This document shows positions 1 through 9,570 of a stretch of 20,000 nucleotides of DNA, in pieces. Below the pieces are notes generated by a model, which was not told the DNA's origin, ran no database searches, and saw nothing but the letters and a program-made list of their open reading frames with translations. Origin of the DNA: Chiloscyllium plagiosum. Its lineage: Eukaryota. Every line of letters starts with the position of its first letter. The first letter of the stretch is position 1. The stretch spans positions 949,140 to 969,139 of the forward strand of contig NC_057718.1 of assembly GCF_004010195.1 (NCBI RefSeq), in the 5' to 3' direction. The position numbers were made by a program, and so were the translations under genes.

Positions 1-88
1 GAGGAAGGGCCTGTGCCCGAAACGTCGAATCTCCTGTTCCCTGGATGCTGCCTGACCTGCTGTGCTGTTCCAGCAATAAAGTTTCAAC
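1..88 (+). mobile_element. Penelope-like element 3' terminus (pLTR) with a minimal hammerhead motif, cut by the window edge
   Basis: gaggaAGGGCctgtGCCCGAAACGTC at 1-26 is the hammerhead core lacking the first CT. It is followed by gatgctgcctgacctgctg, which recurs at other PLE ends in the window. Confidence 0.75.
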
Positions 89-121
89 ACTGTTCTCCTG
101 CTAACTCAAATCCTGTAAGTT

Positions 122-392
122 TGATGAGAAAGTGAGGACTGCAGATGCTGGAGATCAGAGCTGAAAATGTGTTGCTGGAAAAGCGCAGCAGGTCAGGCAG
201 CATCCAAGGAGCAGGAGAATCGACATTTTGGGCATAAGCCCTTCTTCAGGAATGAGGAAAGTGTGTCCAGCAGGCTAAGATAAAAGGTAGGGAGGAGGGA
301 CTTGGGGGAGGGGCGTTGGAAATGCGATAGGTGGAAGGAGGTCAAGGTGAGGGTGATAGGCCAGAGTGGGGGTAGGGGCGCAGAGGTCAGGA
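122..392 (-). mobile_element. Penelope-like element 3' end/pLTR, minus strand
   Basis: 173-246 is the reverse complement of 1-75 with a few mismatches. It has a decayed hammerhead at 222-249 and the same orientation as the RT fragment at 593-1320. Confidence 0.8.
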
Positions 393-446
393 CTGTGGCT
401 GATGTTCTGATTATGTTCTGTTAATCTTTGTTCATTCATACCATAG

Positions 447-546
447 GTTCATACGAAGTTTCATAATCGACAGGCACATGCTCCTGGCAGTGACACCTCC
501 TGTCTTAGCTTCTCATACGATGGCAACACCCTGGCCTCACGTGGTG
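447..546 (+). pseudogene. WDR70: Isolated WDR70-like exon (WD40 repeat fragment) with flanking intron sequence; ectopic copy
   Basis: Pyrimidine tract plus CATAG acceptor (AG 445-446) and G|GTATGT donor (547). The 100 nt translate to VHTKFHNRQAHAPGSDTSCLSFSYDGNTLASRG(G), closely matching recalled human WDR70 VHPKFHYKQAHDSGTDTSCVTFSYDGNVLASRGG. Confidence 0.82.
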
Positions 547-592
547 GTATGTGTCTGTTTCTGTACATATAAATATGTGCCTCGTAAGTACT

Positions 593-1320
593 GCGCAAGT
601 GTTGCACCTCCTGCGGTTGCATGGGAAGGTGCCGGGAGTGGAGGTTGGGTCGGTGGGGGGTGTGGGTCTGACAAGGGAGTCGCGGAGGGAGTGGTCTCTA
701 CGGACAGCTGATAGGGGAGGGGAGGGAAATATATTCTTGGTGCTGGGGTCTGTTTGGAGGTGGCGGTAGTGACGGCGGATGATGCGCTGTACATGGAGAT
801 TGGTGGGGTGGTAGGTGAGGGCCAGTGGGGTTCTGTCCTGGTGGCGATTGGAGGGGCGGGGTTCAAGGGCGGAGGAGCGGGAAGTGGAGGAGATGCGGTG
901 GAGAGCATCGTCGATCACGTCTGGGGGGAAATTGCGGTCTTTGAAGAAGGAGGCCATCTGGGCTGTTCAGTATTGGAAGTGGTCCTCTTGGGAGCAGATG
1001 CGGCGGAGACGAAGGAATTGGGAATATGGGATGGCGTTTTTATGGGGGCAGGGTGGGAGGAGGTGTAGTCTAGGTAGCTGTGGGAGTCGGTCGGTTTATA
1101 GTAAATGTCCGTGTTGATTCGGTCACCCGAGATAGAAATGGAGAGGTCTAGGAAGGGGAGGGAGGAGTCTGAGACGGTCCAGGTGAATTTGAGGTCGGGG
1201 TGGAAGGTGTTGGTAAAGTGGATGAACTGTTCAACCTCCTCGTGGGAGCACGAGGCAGCGCCGATACAGTCATCGATGTAGCGGAGGAAAAGGTGGGGGG
1301 GTGGTGCCAGTTTAGCTGCG
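593..1320 (-). mobile_element. Penelope-like element RT C-terminus, thumb and linker; frameshifted and truncated
   Basis: ORF 915-1349(-) has FLRYIDD...LPFLD...YYKPTDSHSYLDYTSSHP. ORF 505-957(-) continues to TFPCNRRRCNTC, the Cys knuckle that precedes GIY-YIG. Confidence 0.9.
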
Positions 1321-1542
1321 TTTGATCCCCACACTCCTGGCACCATCATAACTTTCTCAATCCCCTCCCTTGCCTTTCAAATCTCTTTGTCTCAATGGGG
1401 GAAATATTTTGGATTAGTCTTACTGGAGACAAATGTGGCTTGTTTTAATTGCCTCTGTTTTTATACTTTTGTGTCTAAAAACAAGTGTTGTCTATGATCG
1501 ATTTGCTCCTTTGTTAAACTCAGTTTCTCTCCTTGTTGGAAG

Positions 1543-1651
1543 GTTTACCAGAGCTGGACTCGGGACTCAGGGGCCAGCAGCTCTCCATGCCGAGGACAGA
1601 AGGCCAGCAGTCCTGGAGCAACACAAGCAGGACAGGCAGCAATGAGGATGG
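1543..1651 (+). CDS. NCOA1: NCOA1-type coding exon (xLPELDSGLRGQQLSMPRTEGQQSWSNTSRTGSNEDG)
   Basis: AG at 1541-1542 after a pyrimidine tract, donor GG|GTGAGC. Its phase-2 end matches the next exon, and LPEL aligns with human RLPELE. Confidence 0.75.
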
Positions 1652-2157
1652 GTGAGCAGAGATGGTCAACCTGGAACTATGGTCAGGGAGCACCAATTGT
1701 GACGGTTAGAGCAGGGAAGCTGAAACGGTAAACTGAGGGACAGGATGATTTGTAATGCTGTGGTTTTGGCAAAAGTGAATGACTGAATATTTCATGTGCT
1801 TTTTGGATGATAAGGAAGTACTTTAATTGTTGTTAAATTTCCCAGAGACTGAATGGTCCTGAGCTCTTTCCTTGCTCTGTCTGATTACTGATTTGAACTT
1901 GGATAACTGTAGCAGTGGAAGCTAAACTTGAAGTCCCTGAGCTGAGGAGAGATAAATTAACTGGGGACTCTGGTAAGAAATGTTGGCTTAGCTTGTGATG
2001 TCAGCATTTCCACAAACAAATAAAAAAAATCTCCTGTTTATTCTTCAGAGATGTGTTTGATCATCTGCTGTAAAGCTCCCTATACGCACACTCCTGCTAA
2101 TGGAGTTTGTGGGTACTGTGACAGCGTGTCAGGTTCTCACTGAGTGTCCAAGCAAGT

Positions 2158-2528
2158 GGGGCAGACAATGGCCTAGTGGTATTATCACTAGATCATTCAT
2201 CCAGATAATGTTCTGGGGAGCAAACGCAGAAATTGCTGGAGAAACACAGAAGTTCATGCAGCATCTCTGGAGGGAAAACAGTTAGTGTACTGAGTGCAGT
2301 GACTCTTCTTTGAGATGGTCACTGGATTCAAATCTCATCATGGCAGATGGCTGAGTTGAATTCAATTTTTAAAAAAATCTGGAAACTGCTGTTCTTATCT
2401 TGTCTGGCCTAGATGTGATTCCAGACCCACAACAACATGGTTGACTATTAATTGTTCTCTGGGCAATTAGGGAGTGGCAGGACATGTCTGGCCAACAACA
2501 CCCAAATCTGGTGAATGACTAAAGAAAA
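2158..2528 (+). mobile_element. tRNA-derived SINE with Deu-like core, interrupted by a PLE-terminus fragment (~2221-2325)
   Basis: A-box-like tggcctagtggt, B-box-like ggattcaaatc, core tgtctggcctagatgtgattccagacccaca...tggttgact and LINE-like tail gggcaattaggga...gaatgactaaagaaaa. Confidence 0.65.
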
Positions 2529-2717
2529 CTGACTGTGGTTTATTGTGATTGACTTGTTGGGATTCCTGACCTTGACTATTTTAAGGCTCTTCAGCTTCGG
2601 TGACAGTGAGAACCTGGCAATACCTGGCTGTGATGTTACCTTGTTGACCCCTTTTGTCAAGTAGTGCTGCATGTTGCAGTGTAATGGCACTAATAGGCAC
2701 TCCTGCTGCTTTCTCAG

Positions 2718-2886
2718 CTCTGGCTTCAGCACCCAAATGGACGAGCTGCTGTCTCCTCCAACAAGTACTGAAGGACGGAATGATGAGAAAGCACTCCTTG
2801 ACCAACTTGTGTCATTCCTCAGCGCCAAAGATGAAGTGGAGCTCGTGGAAATTGACAAGGCTCTTGGAATTGACAAACTCGTTCAG
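2718..2886 (+). CDS. NCOA1: NCOA1-type exon encoding the CBP/p300-interaction domain (AD1)
   Basis: [51 protein letters not shown] versus human [51 protein letters not shown]. Acceptor ttctcAG, donor CAG|GCAAGT. Confidence 0.95.
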
Positions 2887-2948
2887 GCAAGTCAACCTCT
2901 CAGATAAAATCAAAATGCTAGAGAAACTCAGCTGGTCTGGCAGCATCT

Positions 2949-3900
2949 ACATAGAACATAGAACAATACAGCACAGAACAGGCCCTTCGGCCCACGATGT
3001 TGTGCCGAACATTTGTCCTAGCTTAAGCACCCATCCATGTACCTATCCAATTGCCGCTTAAAGGTCACCAATGATTCTGACTCTGCCACTCCCACAGGCA
3101 ACGCATTCCATGCCCCCACCACTCTCTGGGTAAAGAACCCACCCCTGACATCTCCCCTATACCTTCCACCCTTCACCTTAAATTTATGTCCCCTTGTAAC
3201 ACTCTGTTGTACCCAGGGAAAAAGTTTCTGACTGTCTACTCTATCTATTCCTCTGATCATCTTATAAACCTCGATCAAGTCACCCCTCATCCTTCGCCGT
3301 TCCAACAAGAAAAGGCCGAGAACTCTCAACCTAGCCTCGTACGACTTCCTCTCCATTCCAGGCAACATCCTGGTAAATCTTCTCTGCACCCCCTCCAAAG
3401 CTTCCACATCTTTCCTAAAGTGAACTAAGAACCCTACCGTTAGCCCTGTATTCCGCATTCTTATTTGTTCTTCCAACCTCACACTTGGCAGGGTTGAACT
3501 CCATCTGCCACTCCTCAGCCCAGCTCGCATCATATCTAAGTCGCTTTGCAGCCGACAACAGCCCTCCTTACTATCCACAACTCCACCAATCTTCGTATCG
3601 TCTGCAAATTTACTGACCCAGCCTTCGACTCCCTCTTCCAAGTCATTAATAAAAATTACAAACAGCAGAGGACCCAGAACTGATTCCTGCGGAACTCCAC
3701 TTGTAACTGGGCTCCAGGCTGAATATTTACCATCTACCACCACTCTCTGACTTCGACCGGTTAGCCAGTTCTCTATCCAACTGGCCAAATTTCCCTCTAT
3801 CCCATGCCTCCTGACTTTCCGCATAAGCCTACCATGGGGAACCTTATCAAATGCCTTACTAAAATCCATGTACACATCTGTACACATGTACACTAAAATC
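2949..3900 (-). mobile_element. CR1-clade LINE 3' fragment, 5'-truncated and internally deleted, with CATCT target duplication
   Basis: ORF 3018-3893(-) has YMDFSKAFDKVPH, GVPQESVLGPLLF and FADDTK. Tail atagaacatagaac. CATCT at 2944-2948 and 3901-3905 splits a short PLE-terminus repeat (2908-2948 / 3901-3932). Confidence 0.92.
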
Positions 3901-3942
3901 CATCTGTAGAAAGAGAAACAGAATTAACATTTCTTTAGAATC

Positions 3943-4029
3943 CTGTGTATGACCTGTCCTGGGAGTGTTCGATGGTAAACAGTGTAGAGGGAGTTTTACT
4001 CTATATCCAACTGCATGCTATACCTGTCT
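3943..4029 (+). repeat. Degenerate copy of the ~68-bp satellite-like repeat
   Basis: cctgtcctgggagtgttcgatggtaaacagtgtagagggagttttactct matches the units at 7361-7745. Confidence 0.7.
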
Positions 4030-4200
4030 TAGAACAAGAACATGGAACAGGCCTTTCAGCCCACCATGACTACGCCAAAAGTGATGCCATTTCTGAACTA
4101 ATCCCATCTGCCTGTATATGGTTCATATCCTTCTATTCCCTGCCTGTTCATGTTAAAAAGCCTCTTAAATGTTGCTATCCTGTCTGCTTCTGCCACCTAT
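4030..4200 (-). mobile_element. Degenerate CR1-type LINE/SINE 3' tail
   Basis: agaacaagaacatggaacaggcctttcagccc resembles the tails at 2949 and 17872. Confidence 0.6.
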
Positions 4201-5034
4201 CATCCAGACAGTCCTCCACTGCCCCACCTCCATCCCCGTTCCACTGCTCTAAACCCTCACCCACAACAAATGCAATAAGGCCAGAGTCCCTCTTGTCCTC
4301 ACCTACCACCCCACCAGTCTCTGCATTCAACGCATCATCCTTAAACACTTCTGCCAACTCCAACTAGACCCTACCACCAAGATCATCTTCCCCTCTCCTG
4401 CCTTCCGCAAAGATCGTTCCCTTCTACAGTCCTTGGTTTGCACCACCCTCCCCACCAACGCCCCTGAACCCCCAGGTACCTTCCTCTGCGACCGGAAAAT
4501 ATGCAAAACATGGTGGCACACCAGCCCCTCACCTCCATCAGGGCCCCAAACAGTCCTTCCAGGTGAGAGAGAGGTTCACTTGCCTCTCCTCCAACTTAGT
4601 TTATTATATCAGGTGCTCCCAACGTGGTCTTTTCTACGTCGGGGAGACCGAACGTAAACCTAGGGAACGGTCCGTCGAGCATCACATCCAGGCCTGCAGG
4701 AGCCAACCAGCCCTCCCAGTCACTGCCCATTTCGATTCCCTTTCCCATTCCCTTTACGACATGACTGTCCTTGGCCTCCTCCATTGCCACAACGAACCAA
4801 ACCGCAAATTGGAGGAACAACACCTCATCTTTCGTCTGTGCAGCCTACAGCCCAGAGGACTCAACATTTGAGTTCTCCCATTTCAAATAACCTCCCTTCC
4901 CTTCCCCGACTCCCTTCCCAGCCCCTCCCCCTCCCTTCCATTTCACCCTGCCACCTACCAGATCCATTCCTTCCATTGACCAACCACGTCGTACCCTCTA
5001 CTTGCCTCTACGTATCCCCACCTCACCACCCTGC
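4200..5034 (+). mobile_element. Penelope-like element linker, GIY-YIG endonuclease and 3' region; frameshifted
   Basis: GTFLCDRKICKT, then ORF 4563-4871 FTCLSSNLVYYIRCSQRGLFYVGET...RKLEEQHLIFRLCSLQPRGLNI. Confidence 0.9.
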
Positions 5035-5861
5035 NNNNNNNNNNNNNNNNNNNNNNNNNNNNNNNNNNNNNNNNNNNNNNNNNNNNNNNNNNNNNNNNNN
5101 NNNNNNNNNNNNNNNNNNNNNNNNNNNNNNNNNNNNNNNNNNNNNNNNNNNNNNNNNNNNNNNNNNNNNNNNNNNNNNNNNNNNNNNNNNNNNNNNNNNN
5201 NNNNNNNNNNNNNNNNNNNNNNNNNNNNNNNNNNNNNNNNNNNNNNNNNNNNNNNNNNNNNNNNNNNNNNNNNNNNNNNNNNNNNNNNNNNNNNNNNNNN
5301 NNNNNNNNNNNNNNNNNNNNNNNNNNNNNNNNNNNNNNNNNNNNNNNNNNNNNNNNNNNNNNNNNNNNNNNNNNNNNNNNNNNNNNNNNNNNNNNNNNNN
5401 NNNNNNNNNNNNNNNNNNNNNNNNNNNNNNNNNNNNNNNNNNNNNNNNNNNNNNNNNNNNNNNNNNNNNNNNNNNNNNNNNNNNNNNNNNNNNNNNNNNN
5501 NNNNNNNNNNNNNNNNNNNNNNNNNNNNNNNNNNNNNNNNNNNNNNNNNNNNNNNNNNNNNNNNNNNNNNNNNNNNNNNNNNNNNNNNNNNNNNNNNNNN
5601 NNNNNNNNNNNNNNNNNNNNNNNNNNNNNNNNNNNNNNNNNNNNNNNNNNNNNNNNNNNNNNNNNNNNNNNNNNNNNNNNNNNNNNNNNNNNNNNNNNNN
5701 NNNNNNNNNNNNNNNNNNNNNNNNNNNNNNNNNNNNNNNNNNNNNNNNNNNNNNNNNNNNNNNNNNNNNNNNNNNNNNNNNNNNNNNNNNNNNNNNNNNN
5801 NNNNNNNNNNNNNNNNNNNNNNNNNNNNNNNNNNNNNNNNNNNNNNNNNNNNNNNNNNNNN
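5035..5861. other. Assembly gap (827 N)
   Basis: Run of N. Confidence 1.
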
Positions 5862-6418
5862 GCCTGCCTTGCTGTGTTCTCCCAGCCTCCTGATGCTGCC
5901 TGCCTTGCTGTGTCCCTGTCCCTCCTGATGCTGCCTGCCTTGCTGTGTCCCTGTCCCTCCTGATGCTGCCTGCCTTGCTGTGTCCCTGTCCCTCCTGATG
6001 CTGCCTGCCTTGCTGTGTCCCTGTCCCTCCTGATGCTGCCTGCCTTGCTGTGTCCCTGTCCCTCCTGATGCTGCCTGCCTTGCTGTGTCCCTGTCCCTCC
6101 TGATGCTGCCTGCCTTGCTGTGTCCCTGTCCCTCCTGATGCTGCCTGCCTTGCTGTGTCCCTGTCCCTCCTGATGCTGCCTGCCTTGCTGTGTCCCTGTC
6201 CCTCCTGATGCTGCCTGCCTTGCTGTGTCCCTGTCCCTCCTGATGCTGCCTGCCTTGCTGTGTCCCTGTCCCTCCTGATGCTGCCTGCCTTGCTGTGTCC
6301 CTGTCCCTCCTGATGCTGCCTGCCTTGCTGTGTCCCTGTCCCTCCTGATGCTGCCTGCCTTGCTGTGTCCCTGTCCCTCCTGATGCTGCCTGCCTTGCTG
6401 TGTTCTCCCAGCCTCCTG
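5862..6418 (+). repeat. 35-bp minisatellite (cctcctgatgctgcctgccttgctgtgtccctgtc), about 15 near-identical copies
   Basis: Directly visible 35-nt period. The first and last units end in tgttctcccagcc. Confidence 0.95.
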
Positions 6419-6484
6419 TTTGTCTCCCACTCTCTTGGCAGCACGTTCAAGGCATCTACCACTCTTTGTGGGGGTGAGGGATTT

Positions 6485-6920
6485 GAGAGTGTGTGTTGGA
6501 AAACACAGGTCAGGCAGCATCTAGAACATAGAACATAGAACATAGAAGAATACAGCGCAGTACAGGCCCTTCGGCCCTTGATGTTGCGCTGATCCAAGCC
6601 CACCCAACCTACACTAACCCACTATCCTCCATATGCCCATCCAATGCCCGCTTAAATGCCCATAATGAGGGAGAGTCCACGACTGCTACTGGCAGGGCAT
6701 TCCATGAACTCACAACTCGCTGAGTAAAGAACCTACCCCTAACATCTGTCCTATACCTACCCCCCCTTAATCTGAGGAGCAGGAGAATCGATGTTTCAGG
6801 TATAAGACTTTCATTAGGAATCCCTCATTCCTGATGAAGGGTTTATGCCTGAAACTTCGATTCTCCTGCTCCTCAGATGCTGCCTGACCTTTTGTGCTTT
6901 TCCAGCACCACACTCTTGAC
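6485..6920. mobile_element. Palindromic element made of two inverted Penelope pLTRs, left arm split by a LINE tail
   Basis: 6771-6821 is the reverse complement of 6827-6877. 6485-6522 pairs with ~6875-6917. Spacer ccctc. Confidence 0.85.
6523..6770 (-). mobile_element. CR1-clade LINE 3' end
   Basis: (agaacat)n tail. Reverse-complement match to ~12780-13015. (A)TCT duplicated at the junctions. Confidence 0.9.
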
Positions 6921-7355
6921 CCTTTCATCTTAAACCTATGTCCCCTACGTTTAATGTGTCCACCCTGAGAGAAAGCTTCTGACTACCTACCGTATCCATT
7001 CTTTTCATAACTTTATATACTTCTATTAGGTTGAAAACAATTCAGCTTTGTCCAACCTCTCCTTGTAGGTAATACTCTTTCAATCCAGGCAACATCCTGG
7101 TAAACCTCATCTGTGTCCTTTCCAAAACCTCCATAACCTTCTGATGACCAAAGCTGCACACAGTATTCCAAATGTGGCCTAACCAAAGTGTTATTCAGCT
7201 GTAAATGACTTGTGAGCTTTGATACTTAGTGCCCCTACCAGTGAAGGCAAGCATGCTGAATGTCACCTTTCCTGCCTTTTCCACTTGTCTTCGCACTTTC
7301 AGAGAGCTATGGACTTGGACCCTAAGATCTCTCTGTATATCAATGCTCTCAAGGA
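6921..7355 (-). mobile_element. Degenerate CR1-clade LINE fragment
   Basis: ccaggcaacatcctggtaaa and ctgcacacagtattccaaatgtggcctaacc match the C-terminal ORF2 region of the other copies. Confidence 0.75.
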
Positions 7356-7360
7356 TCGTA

Positions 7361-7745
7361 GGAGTGTTTGATGGAAGTAGTGTAGAGGGATCTTTACTTT
7401 CAGTTTAAAAGAGGAGAGAGAGCTGTACTCTGTATCTAACTCTGTGCTGTAGAAGAATAATGGAACCATTACACTCTATCTAATGCTGTGCTGTCCCTGT
7501 CATGGGTGTGTTTAATGGGGGACAGTGTACAGGGAGTTTTATGTTCAATTTAAGAATAGACGGTAGTTTAGTCTGTGTCTAACCCTGTGCAATCTATGCC
7601 CTGGGAGTGTATGATGGGGACATTGTGGAGGGAGCTTTGACTTCAGCTTAAAAGACTACAGGAAGCTTTATTCTGTATCTAACCCTGTGCTGTTCCTGTC
7701 CTGGGAATGTTTAAATGGAACAGAGAGGGAGCATTACTTTCAGTT
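7361..7745 (+). repeat. Degenerate tandem satellite-like array, 4-5 variable units
   Basis: Recurrent ctgtatctaaccctgtgctgt.cctgtcctgggagtgtttgatggggacagtgtagagggagcttta. Confidence 0.8.
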
Positions 7746-8399
7746 TTTAGTCTGCAGATGACACAAAAATAGGTGGAGTTTCCAGGTAATGTTGAGGAGA
7801 TGGGAATAGATTCCAAATGAGAAAAGACATTCCAGCAATTGAACTCATGAATGACCATGGAGAATATTGAAAAGGTCAGATTTGGCATGGAATTTATCCA
7901 GCAGACTAAGGGGTCTTGCACTGTGTAACTGTGTGGCATTGCTGCTTATTTGGCAGAGCAAGCATTGCTCCCTGTGCAACTTGGTGCACTTCTTAATTAT
8001 TTGACAGGTTAAGTTTCAGTAGATTTTAAGAAAAATCCTGTTGGTGCCATTTGAACCCTGTATTGGAAACCGATCTAATTATTCTTCCTTTTCTTTAGAG
8101 TAAATCTCTAATTTCTCTGAGAGATGATAATCTCCAGGCATACAGAAATGACTGAGTTGTGACCCCATTGATTCTGTAAGGATTGTGCCAACTGCAGAAC
8201 TCTGCCAGCTACCCCACCAGCATTTACCAGGTTGGTGGGTGAAAGCCCATGAGTTGGCCATTCACAACTTGGGGATGAATTTGCCTTCTGCTATGGAAGC
8301 TGGAAAAGTCACTTAAGTGGGACAGTCACAGATGAAGGGGACTTATGCCTCCCACCCTTGTTCAAAAACCTTAGATGAGCAGTTGGAAGCTTCATAAAA

Positions 8400-8519
8400 A
8401 AGAAAAGAATTGCAGATGCTGTAAATCAGAAATTAATGGAAGATCTCAGCAGATCTTGGCAGCATCTGTGAAGAGAAATCAGAGTTAATGTTTTGGGTCC
8501 AGTGACCCTTCCTCAGAAC
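8400..8519 (-). mobile_element. Solo Penelope pLTR-like fragment with decayed hammerhead
   Basis: Minus strand reads CTGAGGA-A-GGGTC actg GACCC-aAAA-CaTTA followed by ...cagatgctgcc. Confidence 0.7.
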
Positions 8520-8839
8520 GAGTGGAAGCTACAAATCCATAAAGGCAGTTTGCACTTGAAGGCGCAATCTGTCTGTATCTGAATTTGAAGTTTTGAATAT
8601 GCGAAAATTAAGACTTGACTTTGCTAGAAGAGAAATGCAGTTGAGATTGCTTTTCCATTTCCAGGCTGTGCAGAGTGATGCAGTAATCATGCATGATGTT
8701 GTTTATTTTGTGTCACTTGTTAGAATGTGGTAGATAGACCAGTTTTTGTGGAGTAGAACCTGTTTTTTAAAAAATATATATATAATGATTTAGGGCTGCT
8801 GTAATGTCTGGAGGATTCTGTATGAAATCTGTGTACTGT

Positions 8840-9175
8840 CATGGTGGTGGGTATATCCGCTGAGTTGGGAAGTTGATTTGCAGATGCTTTGTCCCCTGTA
8901 TAGGCGACATCTTCAGTAATGTGAAGCCTCCTGTGAAGTGCTGCTGTACTGTGTCTGCTGGAATTTATTTGATTCTGTTGCTGCTGCTTCAGTTGCTGGT
9001 TCTGGTTGTTTACTGTAGCGGCCAGTATATTGGGTCCAGGTCAATGTGCTTGTTGATGGAGTCCATGGATGAGGGCCATGCTTCTAGGAATTCTCTGGCT
9101 GTCCTCTGTTTAGCTTCTTCTATGATCGTTGTGTTGGCCCAGTCAAATTTGTGGTTCCTGTCATCTGTGTGCACC
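8840..9175 (-). mobile_element. Second Penelope family: GIY-YIG C-terminus and 3' end
   Basis: Minus translation HTDDRNHKFDWANTTIIEEAKQRTAREFLEAW...INKHIDLDPIY, then a decayed hammerhead CTGAAGA-tGTCgCCT atac AGGgGAC-aAAg at 8883-8916. Confidence 0.8.
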
Positions 9176-9439
9176 TGAGCTACAAATCTTTACACAAACC
9201 TTGAATGTGTATACTGTAATCACGGAATAGTCAATAGCTGCTGTTCACTTACAATTAGAAACACCTGGACCAGCTAGCAGTGGATAAAGTCTTTTAACTC
9301 CAGCGTGAGACCATTAATTGGTCATCTTATTATATTCTTTGTCCGACATAAAATACCCGCTTTGCCCATAAGTGCAGTAGATGTCTCTCACGACCCTCCT
9401 CCTCTGTTTCCTCTCTTCCATTCTTGTTGGTATCTAATG

Positions 9440-9570
9440 TCCAACATTCTAACTCATCTCAAATCCCCATTCTCATTTCATCCCTGGCTCTCACTAATCT
9501 GCATTGGCTTCTTGGCCAGAAACACCTTAAATTTTAAATTCTCATCTGTGTCAACGTCCCTTCCTGTGAC
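9440..9570 (+). mobile_element. Highly degenerate L2-clade LINE 3' fragment
   Basis: ctgcattggctt...tttaaattctcatc gives LHWL...FKILI, typical of the L2 ORF2 end. Confidence 0.5.

Noticed and set aside
447..546. A genuine NCOA1 exon or a functional nested WDR70 gene
   Set aside because: The peptide is unrelated to p160 proteins, its phase is incompatible with the host intron, and no further WDR70 exons were recognised.
478..1117. Plus-strand ORFs over the PLE
   Set aside because: Antisense shadows of the PLE ORF. The WDR70-like frame is different and is not in the ORF track.
2158..2335. tRNA gene
   Set aside because: The A/B-box-like motifs belong to an interrupted SINE head; no cloverleaf.
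5862..6418. CRISPR-like 35-bp repeats
   Set aside because: No unique spacers, eukaryotic context; plain tandem repeat.
4784..6603. Long ORFs of 308-526 aa
   Set aside because: Artefacts of the N gap and a stop-free minisatellite.
8234..8249. tgggtGAAAgccca tetraloop hairpin as ncRNA
   Set aside because: Short stem only, with no other supporting structure.
9309..9323. Near-palindrome gaccattaattggtc (homeodomain-like site)
   Set aside because: Too short to support without conservation data.
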